Shown here in pieces: positions 20,234-28,889 of a stretch of 64,000 bases of DNA; positions within the stretch are counted from its first letter, which is position 1; each line of letters opens with the position of its first letter. The position numbers and the translations under genes are program-made. Below the pieces are notes generated by a model that did not search any database, was not told the DNA's origin, and saw only the letters and a program-made list of their open reading frames with translations. Source of the DNA: a virus; the IMG/VR virus record IMGVR_UViG_3300027675_000005, positions 5,236-69,235 of that record. The stretch is one strand, 5' to 3'.

Positions 20234-20968
20234 TTAAAGCATCGATTTGATGCGTGCGAGTTGATCGCGAACTGGTTGCAACAATTGTACATCCAGCAGG
20301 GGATGTGGAGCTACGAGCGGTTCAGCCAAAGGCTCTCGCTCGTCTAGGAACAGATGCGAATTCGCTTTCAAGTAGTTCGCCAACTTGTGCGCTTCGCCTC
20401 TGCTTCGGCACATCCCCTGAGCTACAAGAGCTTTTTCGAGCTGTGCCATCGTATCGTGATTCTTAATGAAAGTCATCTCTGCCTCGAGTTGGGCAGGGAA
20501 CACCACAACGCTGACTTCCATCAAGTCGCCTGACTTAATGAGAAGATATTCTCCGTCTTCGGATTTCTTCTCATCAACAAAACTGAATTCGTCCAGCGTG
20601 AAACCAACGCTGAAGTTGAGTCCGCCGTTCTGGATAGCAACTTCGTGAACGTCCTTCACATAGGAGACGTTCAGATTCATTTGCCCGGCGATCTCCAGAT
20701 TCTCTCCTACAGTCTTGAGTTTGGAGATAGTGCCGGCTGGCTTGTGCCAGTCATGATGAACAAGGAGTTTCACACCCCGAGGACCAGTAAGGCCCTTCTG
20801 CTTGATCGATTTATCGAAAGCACCCTTCATCACCTTGTGACCATAGAGGTCAGTAGATGGGGTGCTTGCAATTCCTTCAAAATAACCAGGAGGTTGATTC
20901 TCGACGTTGACTTTGGTAAGTTCCATACCAAGATCGAGATTGATCTGATCACCCTGTTTATAGGTCAT
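20234..20968 (-). CDS. HK97-family prohead protease
   Basis: FEGIAST..DLYGHKVMKGAF, LLVHH, FSVGF, EVSVVVFPA motifs. Confidence 0.93.
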   Translation of the reverse strand: MTYKQGDQINLDLGMELTKVNVENQPPGYFEGIASTPSTDLYGHKVMKGAFDKSIKQKGLTGPRGVKLLVHHDWHKPAGTISKLKTVGENLEIAGQMNLNVSYVKDVHEVAIQNGGLNFSVGFTLDEFSFVDEKKSEDGEYLLIKSGDLMEVSVVVFPAQLEAEMTFIKNHDTMAQLEKALVAQGMCRSRGEAHKLANYLKANSHLFLDEREPLAEPLVAPHPLLDVQLLQPVRDQLARIKSML

Positions 20969-20979
20969 AGGTCTATCTC

Positions 20980-22299
20980 TCAATTTACGAGCTTGAGCGG
21001 GGGAGCCAATTTGTCAGGCTCGGGTTCAATTTCAGGTTCTTCGGGCTCAACACCACCAGTCGGGATCGGTGTGGATGTGGTGGAACCAATCAGTGAAGGT
21101 AGCGTGTTGTCCTCCTCGAAGCCGAGGATCTCACGCTTCTCGTTGGTGGTAAGGAAGTTGACGTGGCTGAGGGTTTGTCCGAGCTTGGCGCGTCCTTCCC
21201 AGAGCGCAGGAATAGCATCATAGTCGAAGGAAATCTTAGCACCATACGGACAAAGACACGCACTGAGACCAGCTGCCATCGGAGATATATAATTGGGAAC
21301 CACCGTATCTTGCCATAGGGCGAGTCTGGACTGTTCATAATTGTTCGAATACTTTGCAGAGTCCGCATTGCTCAATCCTAGGAGAGCTACAGGAACGCCG
21401 AACACGCCTGCGATAATGCGCGTCATGTCGTCGAGAGGAATCTTACTGTGAATGTCACCCATCTTATTGTCAAGGGTATGGACTTCAATCTTCGTGTTGT
21501 AAAGGAATAGGACAGTACCAGAACCATCTTCCCCTGGCCCCGAAGATTCGAGATGCTCCTTAAGAGCCTCGACCTGCTGCTTAGTTAGAGTCTTGTCAGA
21601 CGTAACCACATACTTGATATTGGGATGGCCACTCGCAGTGTCATACGCTCGCTGCATCAGACAAGTAATAATTGCAAGCGGAATTGCAAGGGATTCGATA
21701 GCCGCCGGAGCTTTGTTATATTCAATCAGACCGGTAATGGATGGAAAGGAGATCTCCGCAGCGTAGCTCTCACCGGGGAGAGCTTTACGCTTCGACGGGA
21801 ACCTCTGCTCCTGTGGTGTATTCTCACCATAGATATAGGTGTCGATAGTACCGCGGGAGTTCGGAACCCCCTTCATGTACTTGGTAGCAAGAGGATAGAT
21901 CCCGTTCGGGAGCCCCTTTGTTCCAATGCCGACCTTGAAATGAACGCGAGAGTAAAGCATCAGATTCAGGGTTAGCCAGTAACGTAGATTCTCTGGAGTG
22001 AAATTGTCGTTCGGGGATTTGAGAAGAGAGTTGATCGCTTTGATCTCGCCTGGGTTGGCGCGATCGGAGGCGGAGACGTTTGGATCAGCTTCGCAGAACC
22101 ACGGAACAGCCTGGGCGCTAGATGCAACCAAATGAGTCACACGATATAGTTGAGGAATGCGCCGCTGCGCTTCCTCCGCCGTCATAACCGCCGTAGCCGA
22201 TATAAGCCGGATCGGTTGATTCCCGATCGTAAAGATCGGGCTCATAGGCTCGTCAGCGACGTCCCGTTTCGGTGGCTTTTTAATTAACCAGTCCCACAT
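20980..22299 (-). CDS. Portal protein (HK97 family)
   Basis: LLKSPND, IAGVFGVPVALLG, YSNNYEQ, LTTNEKREILGF motifs. Confidence 0.93.
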   Translation of the reverse strand: MWDWLIKKPPKRDVADEPMSPIFTIGNQPIRLISATAVMTAEEAQRRIPQLYRVTHLVASSAQAVPWFCEADPNVSASDRANPGEIKAINSLLKSPNDNFTPENLRYWLTLNLMLYSRVHFKVGIGTKGLPNGIYPLATKYMKGVPNSRGTIDTYIYGENTPQEQRFPSKRKALPGESYAAEISFPSITGLIEYNKAPAAIESLAIPLAIITCLMQRAYDTASGHPNIKYVVTSDKTLTKQQVEALKEHLESSGPGEDGSGTVLFLYNTKIEVHTLDNKMGDIHSKIPLDDMTRIIAGVFGVPVALLGLSNADSAKYSNNYEQSRLALWQDTVVPNYISPMAAGLSACLCPYGAKISFDYDAIPALWEGRAKLGQTLSHVNFLTTNEKREILGFEEDNTLPSLIGSTTSTPIPTGGVEPEEPEIEPEPDKLAPPLKLVN

Positions 22300-22481
22300 C
22301 AGACTTTACGTCTTCCTGACGATGCCGCAGCTTGGGCTTGCACAGTCTTCGCCTGAAGCGATTTACTCTGAATGCTCACAGGCGCCGGTCTTGTAGTCGG
22401 AACGTGGGTGGTAGCCCCGCCCTTGTACCGCTGACCAGTAGCATACGAATTGGAGAATGATTTTCCGCAACCACATCCCAT
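22299..22481 (-). CDS. Small MGCGCGK-leader protein
   Basis: AACGGAG RBS; stop overlaps the portal start. Confidence 0.6.
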   Translation of the reverse strand: MGCGCGKSFSNSYATGQRYKGGATTHVPTTRPAPVSIQSKSLQAKTVQAQAAASSGRRKV

Positions 22482-22500
22482 AGCAAAGTCTCCGTTTGAT

Positions 22501-23751
22501 CTACCACAGCTTCACAACTCCACCAAACGGATCGTCTCCGGAATCGGGCTGGGTGATACAGTCTTCTAAAGCGTAACGAGAAGCATCCCAACCGTGGTTA
22601 TTCGCATCTACGGGAACCCGACCAGGAAGAACCTTACCACTGAGCTTGTCAGTCATGAACGAGTACAGACGTGCTTCATCCCGCATCATTTCACATTGCG
22701 GATGAATGATAATCTTATACCCGGACATAAAGTTAATGCCCTCTTTGACGGAACCAGGACCTTTCTTAGCCCCAATGATATTTGGGAAGCCTCTAGCATT
22801 AAGGAATTCAATTGTTCCCGGTTGACTGGAATCTGCCTTAACTAAATCGTCAGGGGAATCAAGTACAGAAAGGAGCAACGTAGGGAGCTGATCCATAGGA
22901 ACACGACCGCTAGCCTCCGCTGCGATATAGATCGTCTGAATGGCCTCGATCAGATAAATCTTAACCACAAAGGAGGGATCGGAGCCAAAGCCAAAGTCCA
23001 TCCCATATCGGGGCGGACAATCCACTGGTACCAGTGTGGTGCCAGTAGTGCAGTTCGGGAACACCTTGGAGTCGGCCGCTGTGTCATAACCACCAAGCCA
23101 CACATGCTTATAACGCTCGAAATTGCCCTTCTTCAGTGTTTCCCGTTCTTCAGGGAGTTCCGTCTGGTAGAAGTAGGGGTTATCGGAGCAGTCGACGAAG
23201 GTGACCAAGGAACGTGGAGGCGGGCCTTCTTTGGTGTTTCGAAAGTAGTAATCGACGGGGTCGTCGGGCTTCTCTGGGTTCCAAGTCCAGATGAAGAAGG
23301 AACCAGGGCTGCGCACTGTTGGCAGCAGAACTTCCATCGACTTGGCACGGATCGTCCTCGCTTCCTCTACCCAAACGATATCTGCGCCTTCCAAGGAACG
23401 AATCGAATCAATGTTGCGCTCGAGGCCTACGAAGCTGATCTCGGTCTTAGTCTCGACATGCGTAATGTATTGATCTGTTACCCGGTAATGTCCAGTAAAA
23501 CCAAGGGAGTCAATCCGTTTCTCAATTAGTGCTTTGGAGCTGTCCCGAATGGAGTTCTGGAACTGACGGGCGCAGACAATCTTCTTCTTTGCCTGTCCGC
23601 CAACTATAGTAAGGAAAGAAGCAACGGACCAGGACTTAGCAGAGCCTCGGCCACCAAATAGAGCGTGATGGCGAGCAGGAGTCCACAGATTTTGTACATA
23701 CTTTTCACCGAGGTGAAGATCTAGCTGGGCCTTTCTGGCTTGGGCAGACAT
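22501..23751 (-). CDS. terL: Terminase large subunit (PBSX family)
   Basis: GGRGSAKS Walker A, WVEEA Walker B, DFGF and NHGWDASRYA nuclease motifs. Confidence 0.95.
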   Translation of the reverse strand: MSAQARKAQLDLHLGEKYVQNLWTPARHHALFGGRGSAKSWSVASFLTIVGGQAKKKIVCARQFQNSIRDSSKALIEKRIDSLGFTGHYRVTDQYITHVETKTEISFVGLERNIDSIRSLEGADIVWVEEARTIRAKSMEVLLPTVRSPGSFFIWTWNPEKPDDPVDYYFRNTKEGPPPRSLVTFVDCSDNPYFYQTELPEERETLKKGNFERYKHVWLGGYDTAADSKVFPNCTTGTTLVPVDCPPRYGMDFGFGSDPSFVVKIYLIEAIQTIYIAAEASGRVPMDQLPTLLLSVLDSPDDLVKADSSQPGTIEFLNARGFPNIIGAKKGPGSVKEGINFMSGYKIIIHPQCEMMRDEARLYSFMTDKLSGKVLPGRVPVDANNHGWDASRYALEDCITQPDSGDDPFGGVVKLW

Positions 23752-23797
23752 CAACTAACCATCCAGAAGATACTCACAATGATAAAAACCCACAACG

Positions 23798-24091
23798 TCA
23801 CTGCCATTGGTAGGCCAAGAAAAAACCCACGGCAACAGCCAAGGGCATCATAATGACCGCGCTGATAACTATCCCGGTTGAAATCCCTCTGAATAGGAGA
23901 CAGCATGGGCAATCCGTAAATAAGTACTGAGTGAGGCGGCTAGTCCAGTGTTCGGGTGTCTGGCACCAATTAGGCAGAAACTTGTAGGAGAACCAAGCCA
24001 TCGTGTTGGAGATAGCATTGTCTTCCCACTCAACAGGCGTATTGGGAGTGGTAGGATCTCCTTCTGGTAAGTCCCCTGGTCTAAAGCGCAC
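23798..24091 (-). CDS. Membrane protein with CPCC motif
   Basis: C-terminal hydrophobic helix. Confidence 0.5.
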   Translation of the reverse strand: MRFRPGDLPEGDPTTPNTPVEWEDNAISNTMAWFSYKFLPNWCQTPEHWTSRLTQYLFTDCPCCLLFRGISTGIVISAVIMMPLAVAVGFFLAYQWQ

Positions 24092-24094
24092 GGA

Positions 24095-24346
24095 TCAGAC
24101 GGGCTTATGTTGCGGATAGTGGAACCAGTTGGCGCAACTCCCTACGCTGCCGCGTGGCGGATTCGGTCCTAAACTGAAAAGGTGGAAACCACACAGCATC
24201 TTGCTCAGGGCTAGCTCGACAGCATAAGGATGGCTGTAGAGAAGCCGATCCCGCTCGGTGGGATAAACAGTAATCCGCTGGCGCCGTTGTGCATCAGCAA
24301 CAGAGGTGAAGATCAGCAGTAGCGCGAGCGTGAGGAGGGTTTTCAT
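24095..24346 (-). CDS. Putative secreted protein
   Basis: MKTLLTLALLLIFTSVADA signal peptide. Confidence 0.55.
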   Translation of the reverse strand: MKTLLTLALLLIFTSVADAQRRQRITVYPTERDRLLYSHPYAVELALSKMLCGFHLFSLGPNPPRGSVGSCANWFHYPQHKPV

Positions 24347-24362
24347 CTGTTTTATCCTTGAC

Positions 24363-24842
24363 TCAAGCAACGTCGGACTTGAAAGGATCTACGGGAGTGG
24401 GGTTGTTGAGGAGATCCTCAATAGTCTGGACAGACTCGGGAGTGGTATCTGGAGCTGTATCGGAAGCGGAGGGAACGTGATCGATCGTAGGGCCTTTAAA
24501 GCCGGAGGCGGGCATATACCGATCGGGAGGAACGGAAACGATGTTCACATGCTCGATCACGTTGATGGTTGATTTGGAATCGATCTGCAGCGGGAGAACC
24601 TTAGAGATCACCTGGAGGTACTGCTTCGGGTAGGTGCTCGCTGCGAACTTCAAGTAACCGAGCAGGCCGTCCCTTCCGTTCCCATCCATACCAATAGCTG
24701 CCGCTGCGTCTAGGATAAGCGTTCGCAGGTCAGCGTGTTGATCAACCGTCAGGGTATTCTGGAGAGCAACCTTCTGCAATTCAGCAGTCAGGTTGACAGG
24801 CTGAAGATTCACTTGGACATGGGGTGTGCTCGGGTTGTTCAT
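24363..24842 (-). CDS. terS: Terminase small subunit (putative)
   Basis: GLLGYLKFAA..YPKQYLQVISKVLPLQI motif of DUF5681-like TerS; first gene of the packaging operon. Confidence 0.7.
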   Translation of the reverse strand: MNNPSTPHVQVNLQPVNLTAELQKVALQNTLTVDQHADLRTLILDAAAAIGMDGNGRDGLLGYLKFAASTYPKQYLQVISKVLPLQIDSKSTINVIEHVNIVSVPPDRYMPASGFKGPTIDHVPSASDTAPDTTPESVQTIEDLLNNPTPVDPFKSDVA

Positions 24843-24862
24843 GTTGCTGATATATAGTCAAT

Positions 24863-24893
24863 AAAAAAGATCGCTCCCTTTCGAGAGCGATCT
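24863..24893 (-). terminator. Intrinsic terminator just upstream of terS
   Basis: AGATCGCTC-loop-GAGCGATCT followed by a T run on the minus strand. Confidence 0.8.
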
Positions 24894-25179
24894 GAGGTGG
24901 CAGTCATCGTCAGTAGGCAGGCTAGAAAGGGGATGCGGGGACGTCCAACGGAGTAGAAGTCCGTCCCCGCTCTGGTTAGGCGGAAGCAGTGGCCGGAGCC
25001 TAGCTACACCACCCCAGTTACTAAAGTCGGAGCGAGTTTGGTGCCCACGACTTTAACTTCGCTTCCGAGTGGGAGCATCGGGGGAATTAAGATGCCCAGA
25101 CCCGAAAGCTAAAGCGGTGTGTGAACAAATCCACTACTCACCGCAAGTCAAACTGAACCGCAGACGCAACGCTGACTAA
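24863..25179 (-). ncRNA. Putative structured ncRNA / late-operon leader
   Basis: ORF-free, with stems 24935-43/24962-70, 24981-87/25061-67, 25022-29/25048-55 and 25114-19/25139-44, ending in the terminator. Confidence 0.5.
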
Positions 25180-25689
25180 CTACAGCAAGCGTAACACAGA
25201 AGCATTTACGATGCAAGTATTTATTTGCCATCCTAAATGTTCTTTGATTTTCAATGTGATATCGCCATTTGTCTTAATATTGAGTATCGTTCCTGTACAG
25301 CCACATAGCAAGCCGTCAGTTACCTCAACGTGAGCGTTAATGGTCAGTCCATCGGGAGGGATGGCAAGAAGGGCATGGGTGGTGGACATAATTGTAATCT
25401 CGGATAGTGTACAGGTGGCGTATGGGAGTGGGGGTCGTTTCATAATATGCAGCTTATGAGAGAAGCGGGGGAAAGAGAGTTGGATAGACTGGATGGGGTG
25501 GGGGTAGAACAGGAATGAGGGCAGTATTGGGATAGTAATCGTTTCGCGTTGGCGGGAGGGGCCACGGCGGACTTGGATAGTTGTGGTTGGACAGAGGAGG
25601 TCGGGGTTCAGGAGGGATAGGTTCAAGGTGTCGCGTGGGTGACAGCGTAGGATGAGGAAGCGGGGATCATTTAGCAAGGAGCCCTCCAT
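25180..25689 (-). CDS. NusG/RfaH-like transcription antiterminator
   Basis: PILPSFLF (NGN PLFPGYLF-like) and VEVTDGLLCGCTGTI KOW motif; upstream of the late operon. Confidence 0.75.
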   Translation of the reverse strand: MEGSLLNDPRFLILRCHPRDTLNLSLLNPDLLCPTTTIQVRRGPSRQRETITIPILPSFLFYPHPIQSIQLSFPRFSHKLHIMKRPPLPYATCTLSEITIMSTTHALLAIPPDGLTINAHVEVTDGLLCGCTGTILNIKTNGDITLKIKEHLGWQINTCIVNASVLRLL

Positions 25690-25694
25690 TGGAT

Positions 25695-25766
25695 GAGAGA
25701 ATGGTTTTTCGCAAAACGCTCGATCTGGTTTTTGGGGGTGAAGTTTCGAGGAGAGAATGGTTTTTT
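25695..25766. repeat. Direct repeat GAGAGAATGGTTTTT x2
   Basis: Copies at ~25695 and ~25751. Confidence 0.8.
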
Positions 25767-25915
25767 GCGAAGGCTGAGATTTTAGATGACCGATCAGTTT
25801 TTTCGTAAACCTCGATCACGATACGCCACCGCCGACCCCCGCCGATCTCGATTTATCCACCGCCCCGGGGGGTCCCTCTGCATAGCTGCTATGCAAACAA
25901 ACATAGCACATCGCA

Positions 25916-25944
25916 TTGCATTTTCGACTAGCTTACCCCATATT
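25916..25944 (+). promoter_or_regulatory. Putative sigma70 promoter of the first early gene
   Basis: TTGCAT ... CATATT; palindrome TGCATAGC-T-GCTATGCA at 25879-25895 upstream. Confidence 0.45.
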
Positions 25945-26020
25945 GCATTTGTTGGTGCAAACGCACTAACCGCGTCAGCAGCCGCTGCCGCGTTTCGCTA
26001 CACAACAGAAAGTAGTCGTT

Positions 26021-26383
26021 ATGTCAAAAAAGTCACGTAAGTCGCAGTCAGTTGCCGTCGCTGCCCCCGTCATCGTTGCTGATGTCGCCGAGCTGCCGCC
26101 GGAAGTCGCAGTCGCTGAAGTCGCTGCTGAAGTCGCAGCCCCCGAAGCCGCTGCCCCCGAAGCCGCTGCTGTCGCAGTTGTCGCGCCAGTTGTCAAAACC
26201 AAAAAGTACCCCCGCGAAGGGGGCAAGTGTTGGCTTGTCTGGCACGAGTGTGACAACTTGCTCGCCGCCGGCACTCACCCCACCGTTGCTCACTTGCGCG
26301 CAACCGCAGTCGAGCGCAACTGGAACGTGTCAAACGCCAGCCAGGAATTTTACGCTTGGCGCAAGTATCACGGTCGCAAGTAA
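26021..26383 (+). CDS. Early protein, Ala/Glu-rich N-terminus plus conserved C-terminal domain
   Basis: C-terminal domain resembles that of 46353-46922; followed by a terminator. Confidence 0.7.
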   Translation: MSKKSRKSQSVAVAAPVIVADVAELPPEVAVAEVAAEVAAPEAAAPEAAAVAVVAPVVKTKKYPREGGKCWLVWHECDNLLAAGTHPTVAHLRATAVERNWNVSNASQEFYAWRKYHGRK

Positions 26384-26400
26384 GCGACACGTCAAAATCG

Positions 26401-26434
26401 GGGGACACGCGCGTCGCGTGTCCCCTACTTTTTT
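26401..26434 (+). terminator. Intrinsic terminator
   Basis: GGGGACACGCG-loop-CGCGTGTCCCC then a T tract. Confidence 0.8.
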
Positions 26435-26461
26435 CAACCCCTCGTATCGAAAGGACACGCC

Positions 26462-26641
26462 ATGCGCGTCAAATTGATAAACCTCGAAACCGGCAAGGTG
26501 ATCTTCACCTGCCAGTCGCTTCGCTCCGCGATCGCGTTGCAGGAGACGATGACCGAAGCCGGCCTGCGGGTCGTCTTCCACTTCCCCACCCCGAAGCTCG
26601 ACGCCGAGCGCGCGGCCCTGCTCAGCGAGGTGCGCCGATGA
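26462..26641 (+). CDS. Hypothetical 59-aa protein
   Basis: GAAAGGA SD; ATGA overlap with the next gene. Confidence 0.55.
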   Translation: MRVKLINLETGKVIFTCQSLRSAIALQETMTEAGLRVVFHFPTPKLDAERAALLSEVRR

Positions 26642-26955
26642 GACGCGCCCTCGTTGCCCTGCTCCTGATCGGCACGTCGCCGGCGGGAGCCGCGCCCTCG
26701 CTCACCGATCGAGCGGCGCTCGCGCTCTTCGCTGCTCCGAACCGAGTGCAGTCGGCGGTGATCGCCGACGTCTGCGCCGACTGGAACCCGTTCGAGCAGA
26801 CGGTCGCGGCTCGCCTCCGTCTTCGGAAGGCCGAGCGGCGTATCTACGACCGAGTTCTGAAGAGGCTTGGAGATGCCTACGGAGCAACGAACTCCACCGA
26901 CGGGGAGCTGGAAGCGGTCCAGCAGGAGTTCTGCGAAGCCGCTGACAACCGATAA
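26638..26955 (+). CDS. Putative secreted protein
   Basis: MRRALVALLLIGTSPAGA signal peptide. Confidence 0.6.
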   Translation: MRRALVALLLIGTSPAGAAPSLTDRAALALFAAPNRVQSAVIADVCADWNPFEQTVAARLRLRKAERRIYDRVLKRLGDAYGATNSTDGELEAVQQEFCEAADNR

Positions 26956-26972
26956 GCGACACCTGTCGACCT

Positions 26973-27000
26973 GGGGCCCCTCGAAAGAGGGGCCCTTTTT
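26973..27000 (+). terminator. Intrinsic terminator
   Basis: GGGCCCC-CTC GAAA GAG-GGGCCC then TTTTT. Confidence 0.85.
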
Positions 27001-27663
27001 CGTGGTCGCCGTCCTCCGACATCCGGCGCAGAGGCCCACATCTCGACGCACGTCGAGGCCGCTCCGACCGAGGCACAGCCCGATGGAGAATTTCTCGAAA
27101 CCCGACCCACGTCGACGGCTATCGGCCTGCAGCCCCGAAGCGGCTCGCCTCTCAGCAAAATTTCGAGTCGGGCCTGCGCCGACACGTTTTCGCTGCCCTC
27201 GAGTTGCCTCGAGTTGTCCGGTCTCAGAGTCGATTCTCGGCGACACCGGAGATCGAGGCCGGTACCGATCTTCGATCCGATCGAGAAGCTTGAGGGTGAG
27301 AGAAGCGATACATATACGCGCGGGCGCGGGCGCGGATGTACACACGCTAGGAGGCGCGCTGAGACTGATGAAGATTCGAAATCGATTGCGAGAGAGTTCT
27401 CAAGAAGTCTCTCGAGAGATCGAAATTCGATTTTCATCGGCGTTGACGCGCAAACTTATATCCTGCCGACTCCTTTCGACAAACACCACACACAGAGTCT
27501 TCTCGCGGCGGCCTGCGATCGGTCTCTGCTGAGACTTGCCTCGCTTCGGTCCGGAGAATTTCTGCGCTAGTGAACGGCATGTCAATCTGACCGCGCGGTC
27601 GCGGCAGACTGTAACCCTTCACAATGTCAAACAGCGCAGGCTAGACGATGGAGACCGAGATCG

Positions 27664-27748
27664 AACTCGACCGAAGAAAGACTCGAGCCGAGAAAGAACT
27701 CGGCCTTCAACTCGACCATCAACTCGACCGGAACATTGAACTCGACCT
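27664..27748 (+). repeat. Array 1 of six RACTCG(A/G)(C/G)C repeats, iteron-like
   Basis: ACTCG at 27665, 27681, 27698, 27710, 27722, 27740. Confidence 0.85.
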
Positions 27749-27789
27749 CCTAACTCAGCATGGAGCCTAGCATAGGACTTTGTTGATTG

Positions 27790-28160
27790 CAAGGGGGAAA
27801 ACAAAAATAATTATTTCTTGAAATAAACAGGAGAAAAGAAGTTTAGATGGAAAAATTGTGGGGGAGAATGGTGGAATTATACGGTATAAAGAAGATTTTT
27901 CCAGGTTAAGTGGTTGTTCTATATAAAGAATATATAATAGAATATATAGAATAATAGTAAAGGCTTTATACCTGGCTCATCTCTTCTCTTGTTCAATCGA
28001 TCGAGGCGTGTTTTCCCGACGACCCTCCCCCCGTAAAGGGAACAAAAAAAATTTCTTGGCTCCATCTACCTGACTTTTTTGTTAATGAATTCAATCACTT
28101 AGCCGGGAAAAATCTAAACAATTGTCCCCAATTCCCGCAATTCGTACTCTTCTCCTATTC
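27790..28160. other. AT-rich tract flanked by imperfect inverted repeats; candidate replication origin
   Basis: TATATA-rich 27920-27960; inverted repeat GATTTTTCCAGGTTAAGTGGTTG (~27893) / CAATCACTTAGCCGGGAAAAATC (~28092). Confidence 0.45.
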
Positions 28161-28274
28161 TCAGTTGCCCCGCCAGTTGTCCACACTACAACTCGCCAGT
28201 CATGTCGCTCGCGTAATCATCCACACCTCCTCCCTTCCCTAACTCGTCCCGGTAAACGATACCCACCTTGGCAC

Positions 28275-28320
28275 TTGCACTCACCCCCACATCTATGTTA
28301 TACTTGTCTTTTAAGACAAG
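28275..28320 (+). promoter_or_regulatory. Early promoter with downstream palindrome
   Basis: TTGCAC-N18-TATACT with extended TG; CTTGTCT/AGACAAG palindrome. Confidence 0.65.
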
Positions 28321-28367
28321 GAACGGCGCACTTGCCAAACGTGCCAAATAGTACCAAAGGACACGCT

Positions 28368-28670
28368 ATGCGACTACCCTACCGTGTAACCCTTCGCGCT
28401 ATCGGCGAGGAGGACTTCCAAGTCACCATCAACGCTACGGACGCTGAAGACGCTCGTAGATGGATCCGCAGCATTTATGAAGCGGAGATCCTCAACGTCG
28501 TCCCGCAGCCAGTCCACAACTTCCGTGTGGTGGAACATGACGTCCAATTCAACTTGGATTCCGTCATTTACAGCTCGGACGATCTGCACGACGCCACAGC
28601 CATGCTAGAGCATCTGCGCCGCGCGTGGCTCTCTGGCACTCGCTACACTTTCACCCTTCAACACGGCTAG
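28368..28670 (+). CDS. Hypothetical early protein
   Basis: AAAGGA SD; start MRLPYRV. Confidence 0.65.
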   Translation: MRLPYRVTLRAIGEEDFQVTINATDAEDARRWIRSIYEAEILNVVPQPVHNFRVVEHDVQFNLDSVIYSSDDLHDATAMLEHLRRAWLSGTRYTFTLQHG

Positions 28671-28679
28671 GATATCCCT

Positions 28680-28874
28680 ATGAACGAACTTGCAAACGCA
28701 AGACGTCGCTACCGGAAAGCACTTGAAGAAGTGTTCTCCGCCAAGGTTGAGCTTGTGGCACAACTGCAGAAACAGTACGCCGAGGTTCAAAAAGCTGCTG
28801 ATGTGGATTGCACAGCAGCGGACTTAGAAGAGCTAACCGAACTCAACGCTGAAATCCTTCAGCTGTTGAGCTAA
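28680..28874 (+). CDS. Hypothetical coiled-coil protein
   Basis: ORF with SD, operon spacing. Confidence 0.6.
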   Translation: MNELANARRRYRKALEEVFSAKVELVAQLQKQYAEVQKAADVDCTAADLEELTELNAEILQLLS

Positions 28875-28889
28875 CCGAAAGCACACCTT

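Noticed and set aside
18699-20237. 512-aa plus-strand ORF
   Set aside because: Antisense shadow of the codon-biased capsid gene. The same applies to most long antisense ORFs over the sheath, TMP, SSB and DUF932 genes.
27364-27385. Hammerhead ribozyme core CTGATGA...GAAA
   Set aside because: No stem II between the motifs; CTGATGAA instead pairs with TTCATCGG downstream.
27664-27760. CRISPR array
   Set aside because: Units are ~9 bp with 3-10 bp spacers, far too short. No cas operon; the Cas4-like gene belongs to the phage recombination module.
26434-27804. Several long overlapping ORFs (303, 221, 186 aa)
   Set aside because: Arg/Ser-rich, no RBS, and they cross a strong terminator; probably products of GC-rich palindromic DNA.
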